The position numbers and the translations under genes were made by a program. 64,000 nt of DNA, taken from Pseudolysinimonas sp. (GTDB lineage: Bacteria; Actinomycetota; Actinomycetes; Actinomycetales; Microbacteriaceae). The stretch is from NCBI GenBank assembly GCA_041984585.1, contig JBHIXX010000007.1:1623-65622 (forward strand), written 5' to 3'. The notes beneath the pieces were generated by a model, which saw only the letters and a list, made by a program, of their open reading frames with translations, was not told the DNA's origin and searched no databases. This document shows, one piece after another, positions 48,243 to 57,115 of the stretch. The first letter of the stretch is position 1. Each line of letters begins with the position of its first letter.

Positions 48243-51008
48243 TCAGGCCGCGCGCCGCCGGAGGAGGACGGCGACCAGGATGGCGACGAGCACCGCGAGG
48301 ACGACGAGCCCGCCGATCACCCACGGCAGCGGGGACGACGCCGAGGCGGGCTCGGCGTCCACCTCCGCACCGTCATCCGTCGTGGCGACCGGCTCGGCGC
48401 AGTCCTCGCCCACGGCGACGACCAGCGTCACCGGGTCGAGCTCGCTGCCCGCCTCGTAGGTGCCGAACGCGGCGGCGCCCGACTCGGTCAGGGTCGCCGG
48501 GATGCCCGCGAGGGTGAGCGACTCGCCCTCGATGACCTCGGCCGCCGCGACGTCGAGGGCGGCGAACTCGATGCCGATCGCCGACACCTCGTCACCCTCC
48601 TGCGTGGTGCCGGTGACATCCAGGAAGAGGATGCCAGTGTCGCCCTCGAGCACGATCCGCGGGTTCGCGATGGTCGTGTCGAGCGCCCCGCCGTGCCCGG
48701 TGAAGCGCACCGACCCGTCGAACGCGAGGTCGGCCAGGGTGCCCTCGGCGGCGAATCCGCCCTCCTCGGTGGTCCAGCCGAAGTTCGGCGTCTCGTAGGT
48801 CGCCCCGTCGGCGACGGTCCACTCGCCGTTGGCGATCGACCCGTCGATGTAGGCGCGGAACGACTCCTTGAAGCCCCAGCTCAGCGCGGCCGCGTCCACC
48901 GGGCAGCCGACCGCATCCGCCGCCGTGATGTCGAGCACGACACCCCGGTCGACCGAGCCCTGGAACGTGAGGGTGTGCTCGCCGGTGAGACCCGACGGCA
49001 GCCGGCCCGACCAGGTGACGACGCCGTCGGCATCCGCGGTCACGTCCTCGGCCAGCACGATCGGGTCCGAGTAGACGACGACCAGGATGCCGTCCTCGTT
49101 CGGCTGGAAGCCGTCCGCCGTGGCGGTGACCTCGCCGCCCTCGGCGGTCCCGCCGGAGACGACGGTGATGCCGGAGTTCGACGGCGGGGTCGCCGCCGGT
49201 CCGCCGGTCGATCCCGTCGACGCCACCGCGAAGGTGTCGAGCGTGAGCGGCGCCCACGCGTCGAGCGTGCGGTTGGTGACCGACAGCCCGTGCGCCGCGA
49301 AGGTGCCCACGCCGTAGTCGCCGCCGAGGCTCATCGCGTTGGCCGGGATCGTCAGCGTGGTCGTGAACGCTCCGCCCGACAGTGCGGATGCCGGAACCCA
49401 GGCGCTGACGATCCAGCCGCTCGAGCCGGGCACCGATCCGGGCTGCCAGGTCGACGACGAGCCGACGACGACGTACACGCCGTTCGCGGCGCCCGCCCCG
49501 GTGTAGCCGCGTCCCGACACGGTGAGGGAGTTCGAGACGGTCGGGTTGACGGTCGACGGGCTCACGCTGAGCGCCACCGAAGCGGGCGCGCCCGGGTCGG
49601 TCGGCGTGCCGCCCCCGCCCCCGCTCCCGCCGTCGTCGACCGCGGCGAAGGTGACCGGGACGAACTGGTCGTACAGGTACGGGTTGTCGGTGTTCGACTC
49701 CGAGAACGCGTGATACAGCCGCACGAACACGCCGCACTGCTCGCCACCATCCGCGGCATCCGCGCACTCGTGCTCACCGAACGACGCCGGCAGATCCATC
49801 TCCACCGAGAACGTCCACCGCCCGTCCGACACCGTGCCCGTCGCCGGAACGTACCCGCCGTACATCGACACCGAACTCACGTACTGCTGCACCGACGACT
49901 CACACGCGTCACCCGTCGCACGACCCGCCGACGACGACCCCGGCGTCTCACCCGGCTCCACACAGAACATCAGGTACACACCCGTCGCGACATCCCCCGA
50001 CGACGTCTCCACCACCGACGGGAACGACCCCGACACCGTCACCGTGTCCCCATCCGCCAGATCCACCGACGGCGACACCTCGATCGAGCCCGAGAGGTCG
50101 GGCTCCGGGTCGCTCTCCGGGTCGGTCTCGGGCCACTCGACCTCGAGCGACACGATCGCGTCGAGGCCGCGCTCGGTGACCGAGCAGCCGTGGGCGCAGA
50201 ACGCGGACACGGAGTAGGCGGTGCCTTCCTGCAGCGTGTCGGCGGGGATCTCGAGCGTGGCCGTGAACGCCCCGTCGGTGATCAGCACGGCCGGAACGAA
50301 GGCCGAGTCGATGAAGTCCTCCGCGTCCGGGGTGCTGCCCGGCGACCACGCCGCGGTCTCGCCCACGTTCACGTAGACGCCGTCGTAGTCGGTCGCGGCG
50401 TCGAAGCCCGACCCGCTGACGGTGACGGTCGCCGCCGCGGTCGGGTCGACCGCGCCCGAGGTCACCGCGAGTGCCGGATCGGCCTCCTCGTCGCCCTCGC
50501 CCGAGCCCTCACCGGAGCCCTCGCCGCCGTCGCCCTCACCGGAGCCCTCGTCGGGCCACGAGACCACGAGCGCGGTCTCGGCGTCGAGGCTGCGGTCGGT
50601 GAGTGAGCAGCCGTGCGCGCAGAACGCCATCACGGAGTACTCGGTGCCCTCCTGCAGGGTGTCGGCCGGGATCGTCAGCGTCGTGCTGAACGCGCCGTCG
50701 ACGATCGAGGCCGTCGGCACGAACGCCGAGTCGATGAACCCCGACGAGGGCGGCGTCGACCCGGGCGACCACATCGAGCTTTCGCCGACGTTGACGTAGA
50801 CGCCCTGGGCGGCCGCGCCGACCTCGAAGCCGGTCCCGCTGACGGTGACGGTCGCCGTCGCGGTCGGGTCGACGGCGCCCGACGGGACGCTCAGCGCGGG
50901 CCCGACGGCGAGGGCCGGGATCGCGGGGATGCCGATGAGGGCGAGGACGGCGCTCAGCAGCAGGGCGAGCAGGACGGCGGCGCGTGGGCGCGCGGGTGCG
51001 TGGGGCAC
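48243..51008 (-). CDS. large secreted, C-terminally membrane-anchored surface protein with three tandem ~115-aa repeats, a Cys-rich domain and an HtaA (heme-transport-associated) domain
   Basis: - GTG start with GGAG 6 nt upstream, and a signal peptide ...IPALAVGP.
- Repeats at aa 38-152, 179-292 and 478-592.
- HtaA signature LSWGFKESFRAYIDGSIANGEW...FDGSVRFTGHGGALDTTIANPRIVL at aa ~705-865.
- The C-terminal WVIGGLVVLAVLVAILVAVLLRRRAA has no LPXTG. Confidence 0.85.
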   Translation of the reverse strand: MPHAPARPRAAVLLALLLSAVLALIGIPAIPALAVGPALSVPSGAVDPTATATVTVSGTGFEVGAAAQGVYVNVGESSMWSPGSTPPSSGFIDSAFVPTASIVDGAFSTTLTIPADTLQEGTEYSVMAFCAHGCSLTDRSLDAETALVVSWPDEGSGEGDGGEGSGEGSGEGDEEADPALAVTSGAVDPTAAATVTVSGSGFDAATDYDGVYVNVGETAAWSPGSTPDAEDFIDSAFVPAVLITDGAFTATLEIPADTLQEGTAYSVSAFCAHGCSVTERGLDAIVSLEVEWPETDPESDPEPDLSGSIEVSPSVDLADGDTVTVSGSFPSVVETSSGDVATGVYLMFCVEPGETPGSSSAGRATGDACESSVQQYVSSVSMYGGYVPATGTVSDGRWTFSVEMDLPASFGEHECADAADGGEQCGVFVRLYHAFSESNTDNPYLYDQFVPVTFAAVDDGGSGGGGGTPTDPGAPASVALSVSPSTVNPTVSNSLTVSGRGYTGAGAANGVYVVVGSSSTWQPGSVPGSSGWIVSAWVPASALSGGAFTTTLTIPANAMSLGGDYGVGTFAAHGLSVTNRTLDAWAPLTLDTFAVASTGSTGGPAATPPSNSGITVVSGGTAEGGEVTATADGFQPNEDGILVVVYSDPIVLAEDVTADADGVVTWSGRLPSGLTGEHTLTFQGSVDRGVVLDITAADAVGCPVDAAALSWGFKESFRAYIDGSIANGEWTVADGATYETPNFGWTTEEGGFAAEGTLADLAFDGSVRFTGHGGALDTTIANPRIVLEGDTGILFLDVTGTTQEGDEVSAIGIEFAALDVAAAEVIEGESLTLAGIPATLTESGAAAFGTYEAGSELDPVTLVVAVGEDCAEPVATTDDGAEVDAEPASASSPLPWVIGGLVVLAVLVAILVAVLLRRRAA
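49233..49577 (-). repeat. intragenic domain repeat 3 (divergent, Cys motif lost: TFAAHGLS)
   Basis: Protein-level alignment: GVYVVVGSSSTWQPGSVPGSSGWIVSAWVPASALSGGAFTTTLTIPANAM...YGVGTFAAHGLSVTNRTLDA. Confidence 0.7.
50133..50474 (-). repeat. intragenic domain repeat 2 (AFCAHGCS motif)
   Basis: GVYVNVGETAAWSPGSTPDAEDFIDSAFVPAVLITDGAFTATLEIPADTLQEGTAYSVSAFCAHGCSVTERGLDA. Confidence 0.8.
50553..50897 (-). repeat. intragenic domain repeat 1 (AFCAHGCS motif)
   Basis: GVYVNVGESSMWSPGSTPPSSGFIDSAFVPTASIVDGAFSTTLTIPADTLQEGTEYSVMAFCAHGCSLTDRSLDA. Confidence 0.8.
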
Positions 51009-51051
51009 GACAGCTCCAGGGGGATGAGCCGGGTAATCCGGCAGGAATGAC

Positions 51052-51070
51052 TTAGCTAAGGCTCAGCTAA
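51052..51070. promoter_or_regulatory. IdeR/DtxR iron box 1
   Basis: TTAGCTAAGGCTCAGCTAA matches the consensus TWAGGTWAGSCTWACCTWA at 16/19 positions, with perfect TTAGCT/AGCTAA arms. It overlaps the putative -10. Confidence 0.75.
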
Positions 51071-51093
51071 CTTCCCTACCCCGGGTTTGTCAA
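51065..51093 (-). promoter_or_regulatory. candidate promoter of the HtaA-domain gene (TTGACA-N17-TTAGCT)
   Basis: The minus strand reads cTTGACAaacccggggtagggaagTTAGCTg. It has a perfect -35 hexamer and 17-nt spacing, and both hexamers are overlapped by the iron boxes. Confidence 0.5.
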
Positions 51094-51110
51094 AGGCAAG
51101 CCTTACCTAA
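51092..51110. promoter_or_regulatory. IdeR/DtxR iron box 2
   Basis: The reverse complement TTAGGTAAGGCTTGCCTTT matches the consensus TWAGGTWAGSCTWACCTWA at 17/19 positions. It abuts and overlaps the -35 TTGACA. Confidence 0.75.
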
Positions 51111-51260
51111 ACAGATCGTTCCACCCGGGTTCGGCGCCGCCCGCGGGCGTTCCGAGGGCGTCACCACCGTCCACCGGGAACGAAACAGAGCCCGCTCCGG
51201 TTGAATGGGGAGACGGGCGAGGGCCGCATCCCCGGCCCCGGACGACGCGGAGGACGCGAC

Positions 51261-51680
51261 ATGGACACCACCGGCAAGCAGTACGCCGTCGACAAGACCG
51301 ACGAGCAGTGGCGCGACGAGCTCGGCGACGAGCAGTACCGCGTGCTGCGCGAGGCGGGCACCGAGCGGGCATGGACGGGCGAGCTGCTCGACGAGCACCG
51401 CTCCGGCCTCTACGCCTGCGGCGCGTGCGGCGCCGAGCTCTTCCAGAGCGGCACCAAGTTCGACTCCGGATGCGGCTGGCCCAGCTTCTACGAGTCGGTG
51501 AAGCCGGAGGCCGTGGAGCTGATCGAGGACACCTCGCTCGGCATGGTGCGCACCGAGGTGCGCTGCGCCAGCTGCGGCTCCCACCTGGGGCACGTCTTCC
51601 CCGACGGCTTCGGCACCCCGACCGGCCTGCGCTACTGCATGAACTCGGTGTCGCTGACGTTCACCGCCGACGAGTCCTGA
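51261..51680 (+). CDS. msrB: peptide-methionine (R)-S-oxide reductase
   Basis: Two CxxC zinc pairs (CGACGAEL and CASCGSHLGHVF) and the catalytic RYCMNS. GGAGGA lies upstream of the ATG at 51261. Confidence 0.9.
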   Translation: MDTTGKQYAVDKTDEQWRDELGDEQYRVLREAGTERAWTGELLDEHRSGLYACGACGAELFQSGTKFDSGCGWPSFYESVKPEAVELIEDTSLGMVRTEVRCASCGSHLGHVFPDGFGTPTGLRYCMNSVSLTFTADES

Positions 51681-51690
51681 GCGGCCGGCG

Positions 51691-52242
51691 ATGAGCCGAC
51701 GGCCGGTCGCGGCCGCGATGGAGCGCCGCCGCTCGCAGCCCGCGGTCACCGACCGGGCCCCGAGCGACCGGCGACTGCGCAAGCTGCTGCGCGCGGCGGG
51801 CGGCGTCGCCGACCACGGCGGACTGCGCCCCTGGCGCGTGATCGCGCTGCGTGGCGACGCCCGCGAGCGGCTCGGCGCGGCACTGGCCGAATCCGCCGGA
51901 CTGACCGGGCCCGCGGCCGCCAAGCTCGCCGCGAAACCGCTGCGGGCGCCACTGCTGCTCGCCGTCGTGGTCAGCCCGAGACCGAGCAGCAAGGCCCCCG
52001 ACTGGGAGCAGGAGGCCGTCGCCGCGGGCGTCGCGCACGCGCTCAGCCTGGTGCTCGACGAGGACGGCTGGGGAGTGATGTGGCGCACCGGCGAGCACAC
52101 CCGCACCGAACCGGTGCACCGGATGCACGGCCTCGCGCCCGACGAGCGGCTGCTCGGCTGGCTCTACGTGGGCGGACGACGCGACGACCGGCGCAAGCCG
52201 CGCAGGCCGATCCGCGCCCGCGACCACCTCACGGCGCTCTGA
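51691..52242 (+). CDS. nitroreductase-family protein
   Basis: RRSQPAVTD...LLRAAGGVADHGGLRPWRVIAL is typical of the nitroreductase fold. 183 aa. Confidence 0.7.
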   Translation: MSRRPVAAAMERRRSQPAVTDRAPSDRRLRKLLRAAGGVADHGGLRPWRVIALRGDARERLGAALAESAGLTGPAAAKLAAKPLRAPLLLAVVVSPRPSSKAPDWEQEAVAAGVAHALSLVLDEDGWGVMWRTGEHTRTEPVHRMHGLAPDERLLGWLYVGGRRDDRRKPRRPIRARDHLTAL

Positions 52243-52254
52243 CGCGCCCCGCGG

Positions 52255-53295
52255 TCAGCTCCGCCGCATCCGGAGCGTCCGCGGCGCCGCCGCGACCAGC
52301 ACCGCGCCGAGCAGCAGCGCCGCACCGACGACGGTCGCCGGGTCGAGGGTGGAGCCCGGCACCGGCGCCAGCAGGTCGAACAGCACGGATGCCGTGAGCT
52401 GCCCGGCGAGCAGCGCCAGCCCCATGAGCAGCACCCCGGTGGTACGGACGATGAGCGCCTGCGCCGCGATGAACACGCAGCCGACGGCGCCGCCCGCGTA
52501 GAGCCACCACTCCCCCGGCAGGTCGGCGCGCCACCCGCCGATGAGCACGTGCACCCCGAACACTAGGGCGAGCACGACCGCGCCGACGAGGAAGTTGGCG
52601 AAGGTCGCGGTGAACGCGGAGCGCGCGACCGACCGCACCTGGCCGTTGACCGCCTGCTGCCAGCCGACCATCAGCCCCGCGACGATCGGGATGACCAGCA
52701 GCAGGAACGGGGCGTCGGGGCGGATGCGCTGCGACACCGCGACGCCCACCGCCACCACCGCGAGCGCCGCGCCGGCGACCCGCGTCGGGGTGGCGGGGGT
52801 GCGCGCCATGAGGGCGAGTCCCCGGTGGTCGAGCAGCAGCGAGCTCACGGTCTGGCCGCAGACGACGCCCACCGTGTAGAGGGCCACGCCGAGCGCGCCG
52901 ACCGTGAGCCCCTGGCCCAGGACGAACACGGCGCCCCCGACGCCGCCCAGCACGAGCCACCACGGGATCTCACGGCGCCGGAGCGCGCCGACCACCCGGG
53001 CGACACCGCGACGGCCGGGACCCCAGAACGGCAGGAGAACGGCCAGCAGCAGGAACCCCGAGCCGAACGAGATGAGCGCCGCCAGGTAGCCGTCGCCGAG
53101 CCGCACCCCGAGTTCGCCGTTGATGCGCGACTGGAGCGCGACGAGCCCGCCGGTCGCGAACGCCGCCCCGAGCGCGAGCGCGAGGCGCGCGGGCGAGACA
53201 TCCGGCGGAGACCCCGGCGCCGCCGGGGCCGGATCGGCGGTCGGCGGATCACCGGGGGTCGCGGGCGCGCCGGAGTCGCTCGGCACGTCGGTCAC
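52255..53295 (-). CDS. DMT-superfamily transporter (duplicated YdcZ/DUF606-like)
   Basis: About 10 TM helices, with two similar halves each containing a ...Q..ING/VNGQ... motif (LQSRINGELG and QQAVNGQVRS). The only in-frame starts are the GTGs at 53295 and 53286, directly after the tRNA. Confidence 0.7.
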   Translation of the reverse strand: MTDVPSDSGAPATPGDPPTADPAPAAPGSPPDVSPARLALALGAAFATGGLVALQSRINGELGVRLGDGYLAALISFGSGFLLLAVLLPFWGPGRRGVARVVGALRRREIPWWLVLGGVGGAVFVLGQGLTVGALGVALYTVGVVCGQTVSSLLLDHRGLALMARTPATPTRVAGAALAVVAVGVAVSQRIRPDAPFLLLVIPIVAGLMVGWQQAVNGQVRSVARSAFTATFANFLVGAVVLALVFGVHVLIGGWRADLPGEWWLYAGGAVGCVFIAAQALIVRTTGVLLMGLALLAGQLTASVLFDLLAPVPGSTLDPATVVGAALLLGAVLVAAAPRTLRMRRS

Positions 53296-53296
53296 G

Positions 53297-53369
53297 AGCC
53301 CCCTGTCGGGATCGAACCGACGACCTTCGCTTTACAAGAGCGGTGCTCTACCAGCTGAGCTAAGGAGGC
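53297..53369 (-). tRNA. tRNA-Thr (anticodon UGU)
   Basis: GCCTCCTTAGCTCAGCTGGTAGAGCACCGCTCTTGTAAAGCGAAGGTCGTCGGTTCGATCCCGACAGGGGGCT folds as a cloverleaf: 7-bp acceptor stem, GCTC/GAGC D stem, CTTGTAA anticodon loop, and GTCGG-TTCGATC-CCGAC T arm. No CCA is encoded. Confidence 0.9.
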
Positions 53370-53458
53370 GCGCCGCCGAGTCTACGAGAGCGCGCGCGGC
53401 GGCACTCCGCGCGACGGGAACCCTGTCGGCGCCCCGAACGCGGCCCCGGCGGGTCGGC

Positions 53459-54367
53459 TCAGGGCTCGACGGTGGGGGTCGGCGTCGGGGTGGGCGTCGA
53501 GTTCTGCACGAACGTCTCCCCCGCCGCCTGCTGCAGGAACTGGCCGAACTCGCCCGGGTCGAACGACGCGGTGTGGAACTGCTGGCCGTCGACGATGATC
53601 GTCGGCGTCGCCGAGATCGACGCAACGTCTGAATCCGGGATCGGGCCGGCCAGCGCGCGGTCGGTCGCCGCGCGCACCCAGTCGACGAAGGTGCGCTGGG
53701 CCAGGCAGGTCTTGATCCGCGCGATGCTGCCGACCCCCGCCTGCTGGGCGCGGTCGAGCATCTCGTCGTCGGTCAGGCCGGGGCTGCCCTCGGCCGGCTG
53801 ATCGGAGAGCAGCGCGAGGGTGAAGTCGAAGAAGTCGTTCGGCGAGTACTCGGCCACGCACGCCGCCGCGTTCGCCGCGCGCAACGAGTACTGGGTGCCG
53901 GCCGACTGGGTGGTGAGCACCGCGATCGGGTGGAACTCCACCGTCGCGCCGCCCTCCTCGACGAGCGACCGGATGAGGTCGCCGTTGCGCTCGATGAAGG
54001 TGCCGCAGTTCTGGCAGAGGTAGTCGTAGTAGATGCGGATGTCGACCACCTCGGGCGGGTTGGTCGCCGCCGGGCGGGGCGTGGCGCCATCCGGCAGCCC
54101 GATCGTCGTCTGCGCGGCGAGGCCCTCGCCGATGCGGATGCCGTCGGTCGCCATGTTGAGCGGGCCGCGTCCGCCGGGGCCGATGCTCACCAGCACGAGC
54201 GCGACGACGGCGATCGCCGCGACGGTTCCGCCGATGATGCTGCCGGCCACGATGAACCGGGTGCGCCGGTCGCGCTTGCGGTGCTGCTCGCGCAGCTCCC
54301 GCGCCCGTTCGCGCGCGGCGGTACGGGCGTCCGCCGGCCGGTCGGGATCGGCGGAAGTCATGGACAC
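53459..54367 (-). CDS. membrane-anchored DsbA-family thiol:disulfide oxidoreductase
   Basis: N-terminal TM (FIVAGSIIGGTVAAIAVVALVLV), a thioredoxin-fold CQNC active site (YYDYLCQNCGTF), and a TPTPTPTPT tail. Confidence 0.75.
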   Translation of the reverse strand: MSMTSADPDRPADARTAARERARELREQHRKRDRRTRFIVAGSIIGGTVAAIAVVALVLVSIGPGGRGPLNMATDGIRIGEGLAAQTTIGLPDGATPRPAATNPPEVVDIRIYYDYLCQNCGTFIERNGDLIRSLVEEGGATVEFHPIAVLTTQSAGTQYSLRAANAAACVAEYSPNDFFDFTLALLSDQPAEGSPGLTDDEMLDRAQQAGVGSIARIKTCLAQRTFVDWVRAATDRALAGPIPDSDVASISATPTIIVDGQQFHTASFDPGEFGQFLQQAAGETFVQNSTPTPTPTPTVEP

Positions 54368-54423
54368 CTCAGAGGGGACGGGACGGGGGAAAATCGGCGC
54401 TCAAATTATCATGCGATACTGGG

Positions 54424-54487
54424 CACCGACTCCGATGACGGAGCCCCACCCATTCACAACGGATCGTCCGGCACGTACCTGCCGGTG
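54424..54487 (+). promoter_or_regulatory. structured 5' leader upstream of the msiK-type gene (possible msiK RNA motif)
   Basis: Hairpins CTCCG-ATGA-CGGAG (54430..54443) and CCGGCA-CGTACC-TGCCGG (54468..54485). Possible long-range CACCG/CGGTG pairing lies just before the AAGGGAAG Shine-Dalgarno region. Confidence 0.3.
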
Positions 54488-54505
54488 AAGGGAAGTAGTA
54501 CAGCT

Positions 54506-55612
<1,107 letters not shown>

Positions 55613-55622
55613 CCCCGTGTCG

Positions 55623-55656
55623 CGAGCGCCCCGTCCGGTCCGCCGGGCGGGGCGCT
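55623..55656 (+). terminator. strong stem-loop after msiK
   Basis: GAGCGCCCCG-t-CCGG-tccg-CCGG-g-CGGGGCGCTC, giving 14 paired positions. Confidence 0.7.
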
Positions 55657-55738
55657 CCCGTCTCCGGTCTCCCACCCGGCCCCGTTCGGTCCTCCGTCCG
55701 CCCGGTCCGCCCCCATCCCGCTCCCGTAGGCTCTCCCC

Positions 55739-57052
55739 GTGCCCCGCGCCCTGTCGATCACCTCGGCGGTCCCCGACCCCGAGCTGCTCGATCTGCCCTG
55801 GGACCTGCCGCTCGAGCTGTGGCCCGACGAGACGATCGCGGCCCTCCCGAAGGGCATCTCGCGCCACCTGGTGCGCTTCGTGCGCCTCGGCGACCACGTG
55901 CTCGCCGTGAAGGAGACCACCGAGGAGATGGCGCGGCGCGAGTACGACCTGCTGCGCCAGCTGCAGCGCATCGACGTGCCGAGCGTCGAACCGGTGGCCG
56001 TGATCACCGACCGCACCGCCGCCGACGGCGAGGCCCTCGCGCCGGTGCTGGTGACGCGCCACCTGCGGTTCTCGCTCCCCTACCGCGCGCTCTACTCGCA
56101 GGCGCTCCGCCCCGACACGGCCACCCGCCTGGTCGACGCGCTCGCGGTGCTCCTCGCACGGCTGCACATCGCCGGCTTCTTCTGGGGCGACGTGTCGCTG
56201 TCGAACACCCTGTTCCGGCGCGACGCGGGCGCCTTCGCCGCCTACCTGGTGGATGCCGAGACCGGTCAGCTGCACGACCACGGCCTGAGCGACGGGCAGC
56301 GTGAGCACGACCTCGAGATCGGGCGGGTCAACATCGCCGGCGAACTGCTCGACCTGCAGTCCGGCGGGCGACTCGACGACGGGGTCGACCCGGTGGAGGT
56401 GGCGGACGGCATCGTCAGCACCTACCACCAGCTGTGGGAGGAGCTGACCGCGTCGGAGTCGTTCCCCGAGACGGAGCGCTGGCGCATCGCGCGCCGGGTG
56501 GAGCGGCTCAACGACCTCGGCTTCGACATCGAAGAGCTGTCGATCAGCCGCGACGACACCGGCGCGAAGGTGCGCATCCAGCCGAAGGTGGTGGATGCCG
56601 GACACCACTCGCGGCGGCTGCTGCGGCTCACCGGGCTCGACGCCGGCGAGAACCAGGCGCGGCGGCTGCTCAACGACCTCGACGCCTACCGGGCACAGGG
56701 CGACCGCGCCCAGCTCGACGAGGAGGTCGTCGCCCACGAGTGGCTCACCAAGGTGTTCGAGCCGGTGGTGCGCGCCATCCCCCGCGACCTGCGCGGCAAG
56801 CTCGAGCCGGCCGAGATGTTCCATCAGCTGCTCGAGCACCGCTGGTACCGCTCGCAGGAGGAGAAGCGCAGCGTTCCGCTCGCCGAGGCCCTCACCTCCT
56901 ACATCGACACCGTGCTGCGCCACCGCCGCGACGAGATGACCGTGATGGGTCCGCCCACCGGCACCTTCACCGCGCCGATCCCGATCATCTCGGGCGCGTC
57001 GACCGGGCCCGTGCCGACCGGGCCGGTGCCGGACTGGCGCGACAAGGTCTGA
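55739..57052 (+). CDS. DUF4032-like protein with lipopolysaccharide-kinase-like N-terminal domain
   Basis: 437-aa ORF with a GTG start. The region HLVRFVRLGDHVLAVKETTEEMARREYDLLRQL...GFFWGDVSLSNTLF...AYLVDAETG resembles Kdo/WaaP/RIO-type kinase folds. Confidence 0.55.
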   Translation: MPRALSITSAVPDPELLDLPWDLPLELWPDETIAALPKGISRHLVRFVRLGDHVLAVKETTEEMARREYDLLRQLQRIDVPSVEPVAVITDRTAADGEALAPVLVTRHLRFSLPYRALYSQALRPDTATRLVDALAVLLARLHIAGFFWGDVSLSNTLFRRDAGAFAAYLVDAETGQLHDHGLSDGQREHDLEIGRVNIAGELLDLQSGGRLDDGVDPVEVADGIVSTYHQLWEELTASESFPETERWRIARRVERLNDLGFDIEELSISRDDTGAKVRIQPKVVDAGHHSRRLLRLTGLDAGENQARRLLNDLDAYRAQGDRAQLDEEVVAHEWLTKVFEPVVRAIPRDLRGKLEPAEMFHQLLEHRWYRSQEEKRSVPLAEALTSYIDTVLRHRRDEMTVMGPPTGTFTAPIPIISGASTGPVPTGPVPDWRDKV

Positions 57053-57115
57053 TCAGACCGAACCCGGCCCGCCGACTTCCCGGCGGACGGATCGAGCCGA
57101 CAGACCGGCCGCGGT

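Noticed and set aside
53297-53369. tRNA-Thr considered as the attachment site of a genomic island or prophage.
   Set aside because: No integrase, direct repeat of the tRNA 3' end, or compositionally atypical genes lie on either side. The neighbours are ordinary housekeeping-type genes.
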